64,000 nt of DNA from a virus. Position numbers and translations under genes: made by a program. The DNA lies in IMG/VR virus record IMGVR_UViG_3300027744_000013, positions 44,087-108,086 of that record, one strand, 5' to 3'. Below, one piece after another: positions 9,595-19,831 of the stretch. How positions within the stretch are numbered: position 1 is the stretch's first letter; the number at the start of each line of letters is the position of its first letter. The notes under the pieces are model-generated. The model saw only the letters and a list, made by a program, of their open reading frames with translations, had not been told where the DNA came from and ran no database searches.

Positions 9595-11054
9595 AATTAG
9601 TTATACGAGATGAGGTTAATATTAAATTTGAGAATCTTCCATTAGATGCTCGAAAAAAATTAACTAATACATTTAAGTATGAAAATCCAACTGCACGTTA
9701 TCAACCTGCGTACAAATTAGGACGTTGGGATGGTATGGTCAGTATGTTTGGTCTTGGTGGTAACGGCTATTTGAGCCAGCTAGAAAAGTGCCTAGAAATA
9801 CTTGCAAGTTTACGTGTACATATCGAAGATGTCGAAGACTTGCGTACCACTGGTCAAATTGAATTTAAAGAAATTACAAATACTTACTGGGCAGACCAAG
9901 GTAAGGTATGGCCTAAAGGACATCGATTTGCAGGGCAACCTATTACATTACGTGATGACCAAGTTGAGGTTGTAAACCGATTTTTTACCAATACGCAAGC
10001 ACTACAAGAAGTAGCAACTGGTGCTGGTAAAACTATTATGACAGCAACATTAAGTCACTGTGCTGAAAAATACGGACGTACTATTGTAATTGTTCCTAAC
10101 AAAGATCTTGTTACACAAACAGAAGAAGATTATATTAATGTTGGACTTGATGTTGGAGTTTACTTTGGCGATCGAAAGGATCTAGGTAAGACTCATACTA
10201 TCTGTACATGGCAAAGTCTCAATGTGTTAGATAAGAAAAGTAAGAACTGGGACTTAGAAAATGCAATAACATTGGCAGAGTTCCTTGACGGTGTTAAGAC
10301 AGTAATTGTTGACGAAGTACATATGGCCAAAGCGGAAGTGTTGAAGAACTTGCTTACACAAAACCTAGCAAATGCACCTATTCGTTGGGGACTAACTGGC
10401 ACTGTTCCTAAAGATGATTTTGAAGCACAACCTATATATGCTAGCATAGGCCCAGTAGTTGGCGGCATTAAAGCTCACCAATTACAAGAGATGGGTGTGC
10501 TTAGTAACCTGCATGTAAACATTGTGCAGATGATAGATTTACCAGAATTTAAATCATACGCAGAAGAATTAAAATATCTTGTTACTAGCCCCGAGCGATT
10601 AGCGTATATTGCAAAAATAGTTAAAGGCTTATCAGAAACAGGCAATACATTAGTTCTGGTTAACAGAATTGATTCAGGCAAGCAACTAATAGAATTACTC
10701 GATGATGCTGTTTTTATTTCAGGCGAAGTAAAAGGCACAAAGAGGACCGAGGAGTACAAAGAACATGCAACAAATGATAACAAGATTACTGTGGCGACTT
10801 TTGGTGTGGCCTCTGTTGGTATTAATATCCCAAGGATTTTTAATCTGGTTCTTCTTGAACCCGGAAAGAGCTTTGTCCGTGTTATACAAAGCATTGGGCG
10901 AGGCATTAGAAAAGCAGAAGACAAAGACTTCGTACAAATCTGGGACATAACCAGTACTTGTAAGTATGCAAAACGGCACCTTACAGCGAGAAAGAAATTT
11001 TACAAGGATGCCAAGTATCCGTTTACTATTACTAAAACGGACTGGCAAAAATAA
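9585..11054 (+). CDS. uvsW: SF2 DNA helicase UvsW-like
   Basis: ATGAGKT, DEVH, GLTGT, QSIGRGIR. Confidence 0.9.
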   Translation: MGVKLVIRDEVNIKFENLPLDARKKLTNTFKYENPTARYQPAYKLGRWDGMVSMFGLGGNGYLSQLEKCLEILASLRVHIEDVEDLRTTGQIEFKEITNTYWADQGKVWPKGHRFAGQPITLRDDQVEVVNRFFTNTQALQEVATGAGKTIMTATLSHCAEKYGRTIVIVPNKDLVTQTEEDYINVGLDVGVYFGDRKDLGKTHTICTWQSLNVLDKKSKNWDLENAITLAEFLDGVKTVIVDEVHMAKAEVLKNLLTQNLANAPIRWGLTGTVPKDDFEAQPIYASIGPVVGGIKAHQLQEMGVLSNLHVNIVQMIDLPEFKSYAEELKYLVTSPERLAYIAKIVKGLSETGNTLVLVNRIDSGKQLIELLDDAVFISGEVKGTKRTEEYKEHATNDNKITVATFGVASVGINIPRIFNLVLLEPGKSFVRVIQSIGRGIRKAEDKDFVQIWDITSTCKYAKRHLTARKKFYKDAKYPFTITKTDWQK

Positions 11055-11061
11055 AGGAATT

Positions 11062-11568
11062 ATGCAAATATTAACATTAGATAACAAGACTTTTTCATTA
11101 AACAATCTACCCGACGAGGTAGATGATAGTACTAGATTTGCAGTTCTAGATAACAGTGACCCTAAAGAACCCGATTTCTTTTTTATGCCGTTAATCTTTC
11201 TTGAGAGTTTTAATGCACCTGCCATGGTATTAAGGATTGGCGAAGATGAAGTAACAATGCCCATTGATTGGTGTATTGCAGTGGGTGATAGTAGCTGTGC
11301 TACTGACATTGAAATTCTACCTTTAACTAGTTTAAATGACAGAGGATTTGAAGCACTGGTGTTTAATCCGTTGAGCTCGTTTAGGGTAGAGTTTAAGAAG
11401 ATCGAAATTGTAAATTTTTATAACGATGTTAAATGGTATTTTCCAAAGATGAAAAATGGACAACTATTAGCAGTACCGACTCGCTTTAAAGAACAACCAG
11501 ATTGTGCTTATTTTGTAAAAGAAATTAGCAGACAAAGTGAGATAATTCAGTTAGATAAAATTCTATAA
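11062..11568 (+). CDS. Hypothetical protein
   Basis: SD aaagga, start MQILTLD. Confidence 0.7.
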   Translation: MQILTLDNKTFSLNNLPDEVDDSTRFAVLDNSDPKEPDFFFMPLIFLESFNAPAMVLRIGEDEVTMPIDWCIAVGDSSCATDIEILPLTSLNDRGFEALVFNPLSSFRVEFKKIEIVNFYNDVKWYFPKMKNGQLLAVPTRFKEQPDCAYFVKEISRQSEIIQLDKIL

Positions 11569-12158
11569 TGTTTAAAGATATTGTCATCATTAACGATGCT
11601 ATTCCAGTAGCCCAGCAAATAGAACTTGAAACTTTATTTACTGGGCCTACTATCCCATGGAGCCTAGTGCCGCCTGGCGAAGAGCATAATTCAACAAGCC
11701 TATCCACTAAAGACTCAGTTGATTATACTCAATTTGTACACTTAGTATTCTGGGATGAACACAGCATTGTATCTCCATCGTTCCCATTAATGGTTCCTAT
11801 ACTTTCTGCAATGCCTATCAATATCAAACAGTTACTTAGAATCAAAGCCAACGTTACATTGTCAAATAAAAATCGTCCATTGGATAGCTATGGCATGCCA
11901 CATGTTGATTTTACTCCGCCGGTAAAAGGACTTGTGACAGCAATATACTATATTAATGACAGTGATGGCGATACTGTAATGTTTAATCAACTTGGCGATA
12001 AGTTATTGCCAATTCAAACAATTACTCCAAAACGGGGACGCTTGGTAATGTTTAATGGTTCTCGTTATCATTCGGGTAATTGTCCAACCGGTGATAAGCC
12101 ACGAGCTCTATTGAACATTAATTTTTTACCAGTAAAGGAATATAATGGGATCACTTAA
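11568..12158 (+). CDS. 2OG-Fe(II) oxygenase
   Basis: PHVD..IYYINDSDGDT..H..R. Confidence 0.8.
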   Translation: MFKDIVIINDAIPVAQQIELETLFTGPTIPWSLVPPGEEHNSTSLSTKDSVDYTQFVHLVFWDEHSIVSPSFPLMVPILSAMPINIKQLLRIKANVTLSNKNRPLDSYGMPHVDFTPPVKGLVTAIYYINDSDGDTVMFNQLGDKLLPIQTITPKRGRLVMFNGSRYHSGNCPTGDKPRALLNINFLPVKEYNGIT

Positions 12159-12435
12159 ACCTGGCGCAACATACATATATGAGCGTGACAGAGAAACAGT
12201 CTACGCTCGAGAATTTGGTGCAGACCCAAGTACTAGACAAGTAGTCGGATGGGATTATGATAAAGAACATCCAAAGTTTGATCCTCGGACCAATGATGGC
12301 AGACCGTTACTTGATCATATAATGGACAGCAAAATGTGGGGCGAAATTCGGCGAGAAGCACGTACCAATGTGACTTTACAAAAGGCTCTGGATCGTGTTA
12401 TAATGATATACAAATTAAGCAAGGACAAAATATAA
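12145..12435 (+). CDS. Hypothetical protein
   Basis: Coupled ORF, SD aagga. Confidence 0.65.
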   Translation: MGSLKPGATYIYERDRETVYAREFGADPSTRQVVGWDYDKEHPKFDPRTNDGRPLLDHIMDSKMWGEIRREARTNVTLQKALDRVIMIYKLSKDKI

Positions 12436-13088
12436 TGGCTTTACATATTGCATATTTTCAACCAACAATTTTTGCAATTGACACAGTTGCGCCGGTTGAA
12501 TTTAGTAGAATTTTTAACTTAACTGAACAGTTACATGCGCATCCAGAGTTAGATGATGCATCCAATCCGTATACTAGTGTTCGTGGAGGACAGCAAATAC
12601 AAGTATACCCAAACGATCTTAACATTGATACTAGTTGGCTTGTTGCATACTTAGAAACAATGTGTAAAGGCTACATGGAAATTGTTTCTAAACAGAGTAC
12701 AACAAAAGATTTAGACATGTGTAGACCCGTTGTTACTAGCATTTGGACTATTAGACAATCCCAAGGACAGTATCAAGAATTGCACAGTCATCCAGGTGGA
12801 AATCTAAGCGGAAACATTTATATCACTGCACCCGAGCTTACATTAGATAGTAATCCAAGTGACTCACAAATTGCATTTAGAATGCCGCAAACAAGAGACG
12901 TTACTAAATTTATGATGTCAGATATATGGAAGTACAGCCCAACTCCAGGTTCGATTGTTCTGTTCCCAAGCCATATACCACATACCGTTTATCCGTGGAA
13001 AGGTATGGGATATCGTACTGTGTTAGCGTTTGATGCTAGATTAGTTCCTAAAGACGAAGTGTTAGAAACAGAGCAACCAAATGAGTGA
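12435..13088 (+). CDS. 2OG-Fe(II) oxygenase (HxH type)
   Basis: HSHPG..SG.IY..LFPS...H.V..R. Confidence 0.8.
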   Translation: MALHIAYFQPTIFAIDTVAPVEFSRIFNLTEQLHAHPELDDASNPYTSVRGGQQIQVYPNDLNIDTSWLVAYLETMCKGYMEIVSKQSTTKDLDMCRPVVTSIWTIRQSQGQYQELHSHPGGNLSGNIYITAPELTLDSNPSDSQIAFRMPQTRDVTKFMMSDIWKYSPTPGSIVLFPSHIPHTVYPWKGMGYRTVLAFDARLVPKDEVLETEQPNE

Positions 13089-13563
13089 AAAAATTGAATT
13101 AAAAGAGAAACTGTCGGCTGTTGATCAAAATGTCCGCGAGCTGTGGGACGCTATGGATGCAGACCAGCAGAAATCTCTTAAGAACGAATATTTTATTCTT
13201 AATCGTTATATTAGCAACGTGCAAGGACAAAAGCGTGAAATTCAAGAACACTTTGTACTAACTGTCAATGAGTATTTTAATAAGAACTGGAATCTTTTAC
13301 AGAAGCATCCTAAACTTATGTGGCTACTGTTGTGTATGTGTAGTCATAACGGAGAGACTGTATACTTCCATCAATGGTTAGGAAATAAAAAGAAAGATGC
13401 CGCAAATAGCAACAAGCGAGTTAAATTCTTAGCTGAAATTTATCCTAATAAAAAAATGGATGAGGTTGAAATGCTGGCTCAGCTAACTACAGATAAAGAG
13501 ATGAAGGCCCTTGCTAAAACATACGGCATGGATGATGCAACGATCGCAAAGAAATTTAAATGA
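13081..13563 (+). CDS. Possible clamp-loader small subunit (T4 gp62-like)
   Basis: FILNRYIS..NEYFN..W pattern and size; weak resemblance. Confidence 0.4.
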   Translation: MSEKIELKEKLSAVDQNVRELWDAMDADQQKSLKNEYFILNRYISNVQGQKREIQEHFVLTVNEYFNKNWNLLQKHPKLMWLLLCMCSHNGETVYFHQWLGNKKKDAANSNKRVKFLAEIYPNKKMDEVEMLAQLTTDKEMKALAKTYGMDDATIAKKFK

Positions 13564-14252
13564 TGGCTGTGGAAGAACAAACGTATACTTGTCAGTATTG
13601 TAGTAATAAATTTACTAAAGAAAAAACGTTAGCTGTGCATGTATGCGAGCAAAAACGCAGGGCACTGGCTAAGACTGAAAGACATGTTGTTCTTGGATAC
13701 GATACATATAACAAATTTTATAGGATGAGTCAAAACTCTAAAGTTGACAAGACCTATGACGAGTTTGCTCATAGTTCGTATTATAATTCGTTTGTTAAGT
13801 TTGGTAGTTTTGTCTCTAATGTTAATCCGTTATATCCAGACAAGTTTATAAATTATGTAGTGACTAGTGGTGTTAAATTAGATCACTGGTGTAGAGATGA
13901 ATTGTATGAAAAATACGTTCTACACTTGATTAAAACAGAACCGGTTGAAGTTGCACTAGAGCGTAGTATTAGTCATATGCTAACCTGGGCAGAAGACCAA
14001 GGAAGTGTATGGAATCATTATTTTTTATATGTTAGTCTAAGCAGAGCTACGTACGACATCAAAGATGGTAAAATTAGTCCTTGGCTTGTACTAAATTCAG
14101 CAAATGGTAAATCAATGCTGAAGAAGATGGGTGATGATCAGCTATCTGCAATAAGTAATATTATAGACTTGCAATTTTGGCTTAATAAGTTTAAGCAAAA
14201 GTCGGCAGATGCTGATTTAGTCAAGCAAGTTGTTAAGGAATCTAACATATGA
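13560..14252 (+). CDS. Protein with N-terminal zinc finger
   Basis: CQYC..F......L..HVC. Confidence 0.65.
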   Translation: MMAVEEQTYTCQYCSNKFTKEKTLAVHVCEQKRRALAKTERHVVLGYDTYNKFYRMSQNSKVDKTYDEFAHSSYYNSFVKFGSFVSNVNPLYPDKFINYVVTSGVKLDHWCRDELYEKYVLHLIKTEPVEVALERSISHMLTWAEDQGSVWNHYFLYVSLSRATYDIKDGKISPWLVLNSANGKSMLKKMGDDQLSAISNIIDLQFWLNKFKQKSADADLVKQVVKESNI

Positions 14253-14440
14253 AAACGAATCATGTAAGTCCTAATCCAGATGCATTACAGCTTGAATTGC
14301 AAGTAATCGTGTCAGAAGAAGATAATTCGGTTTACGTAAAGTTTATAGGATTTGATACTATTGAAGAAGCTGACAAGTATGCCGACCACTTAACAGAACA
14401 CTTACCTTTATTACTTTTTGAATCAGAGATAAAACACTAA
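14249..14440 (+). CDS. Hypothetical protein
   Basis: Coupled small ORF. Confidence 0.6.
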   Translation: MKTNHVSPNPDALQLELQVIVSEEDNSVYVKFIGFDTIEEADKYADHLTEHLPLLLFESEIKH

Positions 14441-15018
14441 TGCCAGATATTGATATTGACTTTGCAGACAGAACAACCGCACTTAAAGTGTTTAAGAATG
14501 TCACGGCTGCAATCAGCGACAACGGAACTTTTAAAAAGCACAATACTGGAATATATTGTACTGCGATCCCGTACAATCCAATTACAGGAATAAGTACGAT
14601 AGAGTATAAACAAGCAGAAGAACGAGGTTATTTTAAGTTAGACTTTTTAAATGTTAGTGTCTATGAAGGTGTAAAAGATAGGACACATTTACTCAAGTTA
14701 ATGGAGACTGAACCGTTATGGGATCTACTGGAGCAAGACGACTTTACCCAACTACTATTCCATGTGAATGGGCATGGGTCTATTCTGAGACAAAGCAAGC
14801 CAAAGTCTATAGAGCAATTGGCCGCAGTACTGGCGATGATCAGACCCGCGAAACGTTATCTGATTGGGAAAGATTGGACTACGGTGATGAACGAAGTGTG
14901 GACGAAACCCGAGAATAATGAGTATTACTTTAAAAAAGCACATGCTATTGCTTACGCACATGTGGTGGTAGTGCAGATGAATCTAATCTGTGAAAGTATA
15001 AGCTACGAGTTTAGTTAA
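14440..15018 (+). CDS. Miniature DnaE (Pol III alpha)-like catalytic core
   Basis: PDIDIDF, HNTG, KLDFL, LAMIRP, FKKAHAIAYA in DnaE order. Confidence 0.8.
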   Translation: MPDIDIDFADRTTALKVFKNVTAAISDNGTFKKHNTGIYCTAIPYNPITGISTIEYKQAEERGYFKLDFLNVSVYEGVKDRTHLLKLMETEPLWDLLEQDDFTQLLFHVNGHGSILRQSKPKSIEQLAAVLAMIRPAKRYLIGKDWTTVMNEVWTKPENNEYYFKKAHAIAYAHVVVVQMNLICESISYEFS

Positions 15019-15389
15019 CGAGTTTTTCGCACTAACTGTACTGATTTACGCTTTACACGCTTGAGTGTTAGATTCATCAAATTAACAACTGGACCTAGTA
15101 TTACTCTAACATCCTTACTGTTAAAAGTTTTAACAGCATAAGCAAAGGGTAGTATTTGATCACGACAAATAATGCTAATTGGAAATTGTCTGTTTGATTC
15201 CCACCACCAAGTTTCTCCTATTTCTAAAAATAGGGTTTTTTCTTCTGGGGACTTTATTGCATTTAAATCGTAGAAGCTAGTAACAAATTGGTCTTGATTA
15301 ATAATTATACCAACGTATTCTTCTTCGCCGTAGTTTAATACGCTGATAAAGGGTAATTGTTGTTCGATGTTGTCTCTTAGTTTTGCCAT
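15015..15389 (-). CDS. Hypothetical protein
   Basis: Fills gap between convergent and divergent genes; protein-like composition. Confidence 0.65.
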   Translation of the reverse strand: MAKLRDNIEQQLPFISVLNYGEEEYVGIIINQDQFVTSFYDLNAIKSPEEKTLFLEIGETWWWESNRQFPISIICRDQILPFAYAVKTFNSKDVRVILGPVVNLMNLTLKRVKRKSVQLVRKTR

Positions 15390-15414
15390 AAATAGTATAT
15401 AAAGGTCCTGCCAG

Positions 15415-16251
15415 ATGCAAAAAATATCAAGTTATTTATATCCAAATAGAGTACAGCTATTAGCCGATCTGGCAGGATTTACTACGGAGTATACAAACGT
15501 GTATCAGAGAACAGTAAAAATATATAATGGTATTGATAATACTATCGAGTTCGACATTAAGAATGCCGACCAAAAGCGCATTAACCTAAGCACACTTTCT
15601 ATAATTGAACTTAATGTTATGGATTCTCAAGGTAATGCACTATCGAACAGTCCGTACACCGTTACTCCGTTAAATCAAACTACGCACAAGGGTATTAGTA
15701 CAGTTACTATCCCACAAGATGATTTAGTAGAGTTACAAGATCAATTTTTGCGATATAGTGTTACCGCAGTTAAAGACGGCAATGATATCATACTATACGG
15801 CGATTCAAGATTTGGAGCAGTTGGCACAATTGAATTGATTGGTAATGCTATGCCTACCTTTAGAAACGAGCGAGTATACAAAGACTTTTCAGCAGAAATG
15901 AATTTAGAAGGTCTTCCTATTCGTAAGTCTAGTTCAATTCCAACTACATTTTACGAAGCTGAAAAAACAACTTCATTAGACTTTGAAATTGCATATACGG
16001 GATTTAAAGGCACAATTTGGATTGAAGGTACTACTGAATCAACTATTACTACCGAAGCATTTAAACCAGAAGTTCGAATTTATGAGTTTCCAGAACTAAC
16101 GGTAGCCGCATCTGGAACATTCACAGTGACCATGGATATCGGTGAATACAAATATTTTAGAGTTAGATATCTTAACTCAAGATTGGCAGATGTTACTGGC
16201 ACTAATTCGTCCGGAACAACCGGAAAGGTTGACAAAGTAACCGTAAGTTAA
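15415..16251 (+). CDS. Putative virion structural protein
   Basis: TAAATA at 15389; beta-rich, Thr-rich. Confidence 0.5.
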   Translation: MQKISSYLYPNRVQLLADLAGFTTEYTNVYQRTVKIYNGIDNTIEFDIKNADQKRINLSTLSIIELNVMDSQGNALSNSPYTVTPLNQTTHKGISTVTIPQDDLVELQDQFLRYSVTAVKDGNDIILYGDSRFGAVGTIELIGNAMPTFRNERVYKDFSAEMNLEGLPIRKSSSIPTTFYEAEKTTSLDFEIAYTGFKGTIWIEGTTESTITTEAFKPEVRIYEFPELTVAASGTFTVTMDIGEYKYFRVRYLNSRLADVTGTNSSGTTGKVDKVTVS

Positions 16252-16264
16252 GTATAATAGTGCT

Positions 16265-17278
16265 ATGAGTCTCATAGCCGATACATTACTACAACACTTA
16301 CCCGGTAAACGAAAACAGACCCCAAGCGGCTGGATAAGTTTCAATGCCCCGTGTTGTGATGACAAACGCCAACGTGGCGGCTTTATTATCAATGGCGGCG
16401 ATGCAGTATCTTACCATTGTTTCAATTGCGGATTTAAAGCAAGCTGGCAACCTGGTAGAACTATTAGTCAAAAAATGAGTAAACTAATGCGTGACCTTAA
16501 TATGGGTGACGATACAATTAGCCAACTTAGATTAGAAGCCCTTAGACTAAATGACAACTCGAATACGGTAATAACAAGTGTTATTCCAAAGTTTGAAACA
16601 AGAGCATTGCCACTGGATGCTATTAGTTTTGAAGAGTTAGATACATTCTTAAAACTTCCAGATGGTGACTATGCTGTTCCAACAAAATTTACCGAAGCAG
16701 TTGGATACTTGGTAGAAAGAAAGATTGATCCGTTTGCTTATCCGTTTTATTGGGCTAACAAAATAGGATTCAACAGCAGACTTATTATTCCGTTTTTATT
16801 CAAAGGTGTCATTGTTGGATGGACTGCCCGTGCTTTCAATGATGCTAAACCCAAGTATCTAAGTGAACAGCAACCTGGTTATGTGTTTAACTTAGACCGT
16901 CAAACTAATGAAAGAAATTTCGTAATTGTTAGTGAAGGGCCGTTTGATGCACTAAGTATTGATGGGTGTGCTTTATTAGGTGCTGAGATTAAAGACAGCC
17001 AGAACTGGTTACTAAAACAGCTGGGCAAAGAAATTGTGCTAGTACCAGATAGAGACCATGAAGGCCCACGGACTGTTGAACAAGCATTAGAGTTCGGCTG
17101 GAGTGTAAGCATGCCAGATTGGCCTGAAGATGTCAAAGATATAAACGATGCAGTGGTTAAGCTGGGCAAACTTGCCACACTATGGCTTATAACTAACGCA
17201 AAAGAATCAAATAGTCTTAAGATTCAACTTAGGGCAAAGAAGTGGTTTCCAAAGGATCAAAATGAAAAAAATAATTGA
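16265..17278 (+). CDS. DNA primase (T4 gp61-like)
   Basis: Zn ribbon CC..HCFNC, TOPRIM EGPFD and PDRD, KDIND; promoter TTGACA-18-TATAAT at 16229-16258. Confidence 0.88.
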   Translation: MSLIADTLLQHLPGKRKQTPSGWISFNAPCCDDKRQRGGFIINGGDAVSYHCFNCGFKASWQPGRTISQKMSKLMRDLNMGDDTISQLRLEALRLNDNSNTVITSVIPKFETRALPLDAISFEELDTFLKLPDGDYAVPTKFTEAVGYLVERKIDPFAYPFYWANKIGFNSRLIIPFLFKGVIVGWTARAFNDAKPKYLSEQQPGYVFNLDRQTNERNFVIVSEGPFDALSIDGCALLGAEIKDSQNWLLKQLGKEIVLVPDRDHEGPRTVEQALEFGWSVSMPDWPEDVKDINDAVVKLGKLATLWLITNAKESNSLKIQLRAKKWFPKDQNEKNN

Positions 17279-17375
17279 CTTTCTATTAACTCCCTGGACA
17301 TGGTACCAGGATCGCCGTGCGTTTAAAAAACGCCTAAAAGAATTACGCAAACGTGACCCGTTTATTTACAAATGA
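17262..17375 (+). CDS. 37-aa basic peptide (..KELRKRDPFIYK)
   Basis: SD aagga; ATGA overlap with next gene; not in the ORF track. Confidence 0.55.
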   Translation: MKKIIDFLLTPWTWYQDRRAFKKRLKELRKRDPFIYK

Positions 17376-18310
17376 TACTTTGGGGCGTCAACGCATTAAA
17401 TCACGGGCATAGTATTGCTGTCTTTAAGGACGGCCAATTTGTCGATAACTATACTGGCACAAGCGATCAACTTGAAAGTGAAACCACTTTGAAATCGCTA
17501 GCACCAGGAAGTCCTGACAGGATATTTTGGTATGAAAATCCTTGGTTAAAGAAAGCTAGACAACTGTATGCTGGCCAATACAGTACAGCAATGAAGATAA
17601 GTGTACTGCCAAAACGCTACATGCGATCATATCGATATGCTCCAATTACCTATACTGCCCACCACGCTAGTCATGCGGCGGCAGGATACTACACTAGCCC
17701 ATTCAACCATTGCGCCATTGTTGTACTGGATGCCATTGGCGAGTTTGAGTGTGCTACTATTTGGCAAGGCCAGCACGGTGAAATGCGTAAGGTATGGAGT
17801 CGTTGGTATCCAAATAGTCTTGGATTGTTCTATAGTGCATTTACACAACTAGTGGGATTAACACCTATACGTGATGAGTATTTGTTGACTCAAATGGCTG
17901 AACAAGGCGATGCCAGTGTGTACTATCAAGACGTTATGGGTTATATGGCGGGAATAGTTGAAGCCAAACAAAACATGCACAGGGGCATTAACAATTGGCC
18001 CCATGTGATTAGCAACATACAAGATCAATGTAATATTGCCGCGGCAGTACAGCAAATATTCCAGAATCAAGTTGCACAAGTTATGGACACGGCCCTTGAG
18101 CTAACCAATGCCGATTGCCTAGTTTACATGGGCGGATGTGCTATGAACAAGAGTGCCAACACCAATGTGGTTGAGCCCCGATTCAAGCACATATGGTCAT
18201 TGCCCAATCCTGGTGACCCTAGCAGTTCAATTGGTGCTGTCACATATCATACTAAACAGCGAGTCTGGCGCACATGGGATCCAGTCAAACATATTGCTAT
18301 CAACGTTTAA
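17372..18310 (+). CDS. Carbamoyltransferase (NodU/CmcH) N-terminal Kae1-like domain only
   Basis: HHASHAA..YYTSPF, DAIGE, SLGLFY, GGCAMN, PGD.SSSIGA. Confidence 0.85.
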   Translation: MILWGVNALNHGHSIAVFKDGQFVDNYTGTSDQLESETTLKSLAPGSPDRIFWYENPWLKKARQLYAGQYSTAMKISVLPKRYMRSYRYAPITYTAHHASHAAAGYYTSPFNHCAIVVLDAIGEFECATIWQGQHGEMRKVWSRWYPNSLGLFYSAFTQLVGLTPIRDEYLLTQMAEQGDASVYYQDVMGYMAGIVEAKQNMHRGINNWPHVISNIQDQCNIAAAVQQIFQNQVAQVMDTALELTNADCLVYMGGCAMNKSANTNVVEPRFKHIWSLPNPGDPSSSIGAVTYHTKQRVWRTWDPVKHIAINV

Positions 18311-18328
18311 AGAGTATATAATAACTAC

Positions 18329-19759
18329 ATGAAACAAAATACAGACTACGGCTACGACATACAAAAACTATATTTAGAAATGATGCTGGCTGATGCGGCC
18401 ACATTTGTACGTTGCCAATCAATCTTTGATCACACACTATTTGATCGCAAGCTACAGATGTCCGCGGAATTTATGAACACTTATGTTGAAGAACATAATG
18501 TCATGCCCACAATTGACATTGTCAATGCGGCCACTGATGCCAGCTTCAAACCCGCAGAGAATCTACGTGAAGAACACTTTGATTGGTTACTGGCAGACTT
18601 TGAAACATTCATCCGCCATAAAGGTCTTGAGAAAGCTATTCTAGCTTCAGCTGACCTGTTGGAAAAAGGTGAGTACGGCCCAGTAGAAGAATTGGTCAAG
18701 AAGGCAGTGCAAGTTGGATTGCAAAAGGACATGGGCACTGATTACTTTCTAGATCCCCGTGCTCGATTGCTCAAGATCAAAGACAAGAACGGACAGTTGA
18801 GCACTGGCTGGAAGAGTGTAGATGACAAACTGTTTGGTGGTATGAACCGCGGAGAGTTGAATATCTTTGCAGGTGGCTCGGGCGCAGGCAAGAGTTTGTT
18901 TCTGGCTAACTTGGGTTGTAATTGGGCATTGCAGGGTTTGAATGTGGTGTACTTGACATTAGAACTTAGTGAAGAACTAGTGTCAATGCGTGTTGACAGC
19001 ATGTTAACAGGGATCCCGACTAGAGAGATTTTTAAACATCTAGATGATGTCGAGATGAAGGTGAAAGTGATTGGCAAAAAGTCGGGCACCTTCCAAGTCA
19101 AGTATATGCCGTCTGGGAAGACCGCAAATGACTTGCGATCATACTTGAAAGAATATGAAATCAAGACTGATCGTAAAGTAGATGTACTATTAGTAGACTA
19201 CTTGGACTTGCTCATGCCAATCTCAAAGAAGATTAGCCCCGCAGACTTGTTTATCAAGGACAAGTATGTGTCAGAAGAATTACGTAACCTAGCAGTGGAA
19301 AAGAACTGTATATTTGTCACAGCCGCACAGTTGAACCGTGGTGCTGTTGAAGAAGTTGAGTTTGATCACAGTCATATCTCAGGTGGACTTAGCAAGATCC
19401 AAACTGCGGATAATGTGTTTGGTATCTTCACATCAAGGGCAATGCGTGAACGTGGACGTTATCAAATACAACTGATGAAAACACGTAGTAGCAGTGGTGT
19501 GGGCATGAAAATTGATCTGGAGTTCAATGTGGACAGTTTGCGTATCAGCGACTGTGAACAAGAAGACTCATATGGCAACAGTACCAGCGCCAGTGCAGGT
19601 TCAAGTTTGTTGGCATCAATCAAGAATCGTCAAACAGTTGATCCTGCTACAGGTGAATTGGATCCCAACAGTCTAGTGCCCATACCCAAAGTACGTGCCC
19701 AAGTTGAAAGTAGTAAACTACGTGAACTGTTGAATAATCTTCCTAGTGATGACGTATAA
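18329..19759 (+). CDS. Replicative DnaB-like helicase (T4 gp41-like)
   Basis: GGSGAGKS, TLELSE, VDYLDL, AAQLNR, KTR; promoter TTGCTA-17-TATAAT 6 nt upstream. Confidence 0.92.
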   Translation: MKQNTDYGYDIQKLYLEMMLADAATFVRCQSIFDHTLFDRKLQMSAEFMNTYVEEHNVMPTIDIVNAATDASFKPAENLREEHFDWLLADFETFIRHKGLEKAILASADLLEKGEYGPVEELVKKAVQVGLQKDMGTDYFLDPRARLLKIKDKNGQLSTGWKSVDDKLFGGMNRGELNIFAGGSGAGKSLFLANLGCNWALQGLNVVYLTLELSEELVSMRVDSMLTGIPTREIFKHLDDVEMKVKVIGKKSGTFQVKYMPSGKTANDLRSYLKEYEIKTDRKVDVLLVDYLDLLMPISKKISPADLFIKDKYVSEELRNLAVEKNCIFVTAAQLNRGAVEEVEFDHSHISGGLSKIQTADNVFGIFTSRAMRERGRYQIQLMKTRSSSGVGMKIDLEFNVDSLRISDCEQEDSYGNSTSASAGSSLLASIKNRQTVDPATGELDPNSLVPIPKVRAQVESSKLRELLNNLPSDDV

Positions 19760-19831
19760 TCTCGCTGTAATGCAGTTTTTGACTCAAAGAGATAAGTACG
19801 TATATAATAACACTAAGGAATTTTTAATATC

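Noticed and set aside
3-19759. Inteins or introns in terminase, UvsX, UvsW, primase or helicase
   Set aside because: Lengths are normal and no splice motifs or interruptions were seen.
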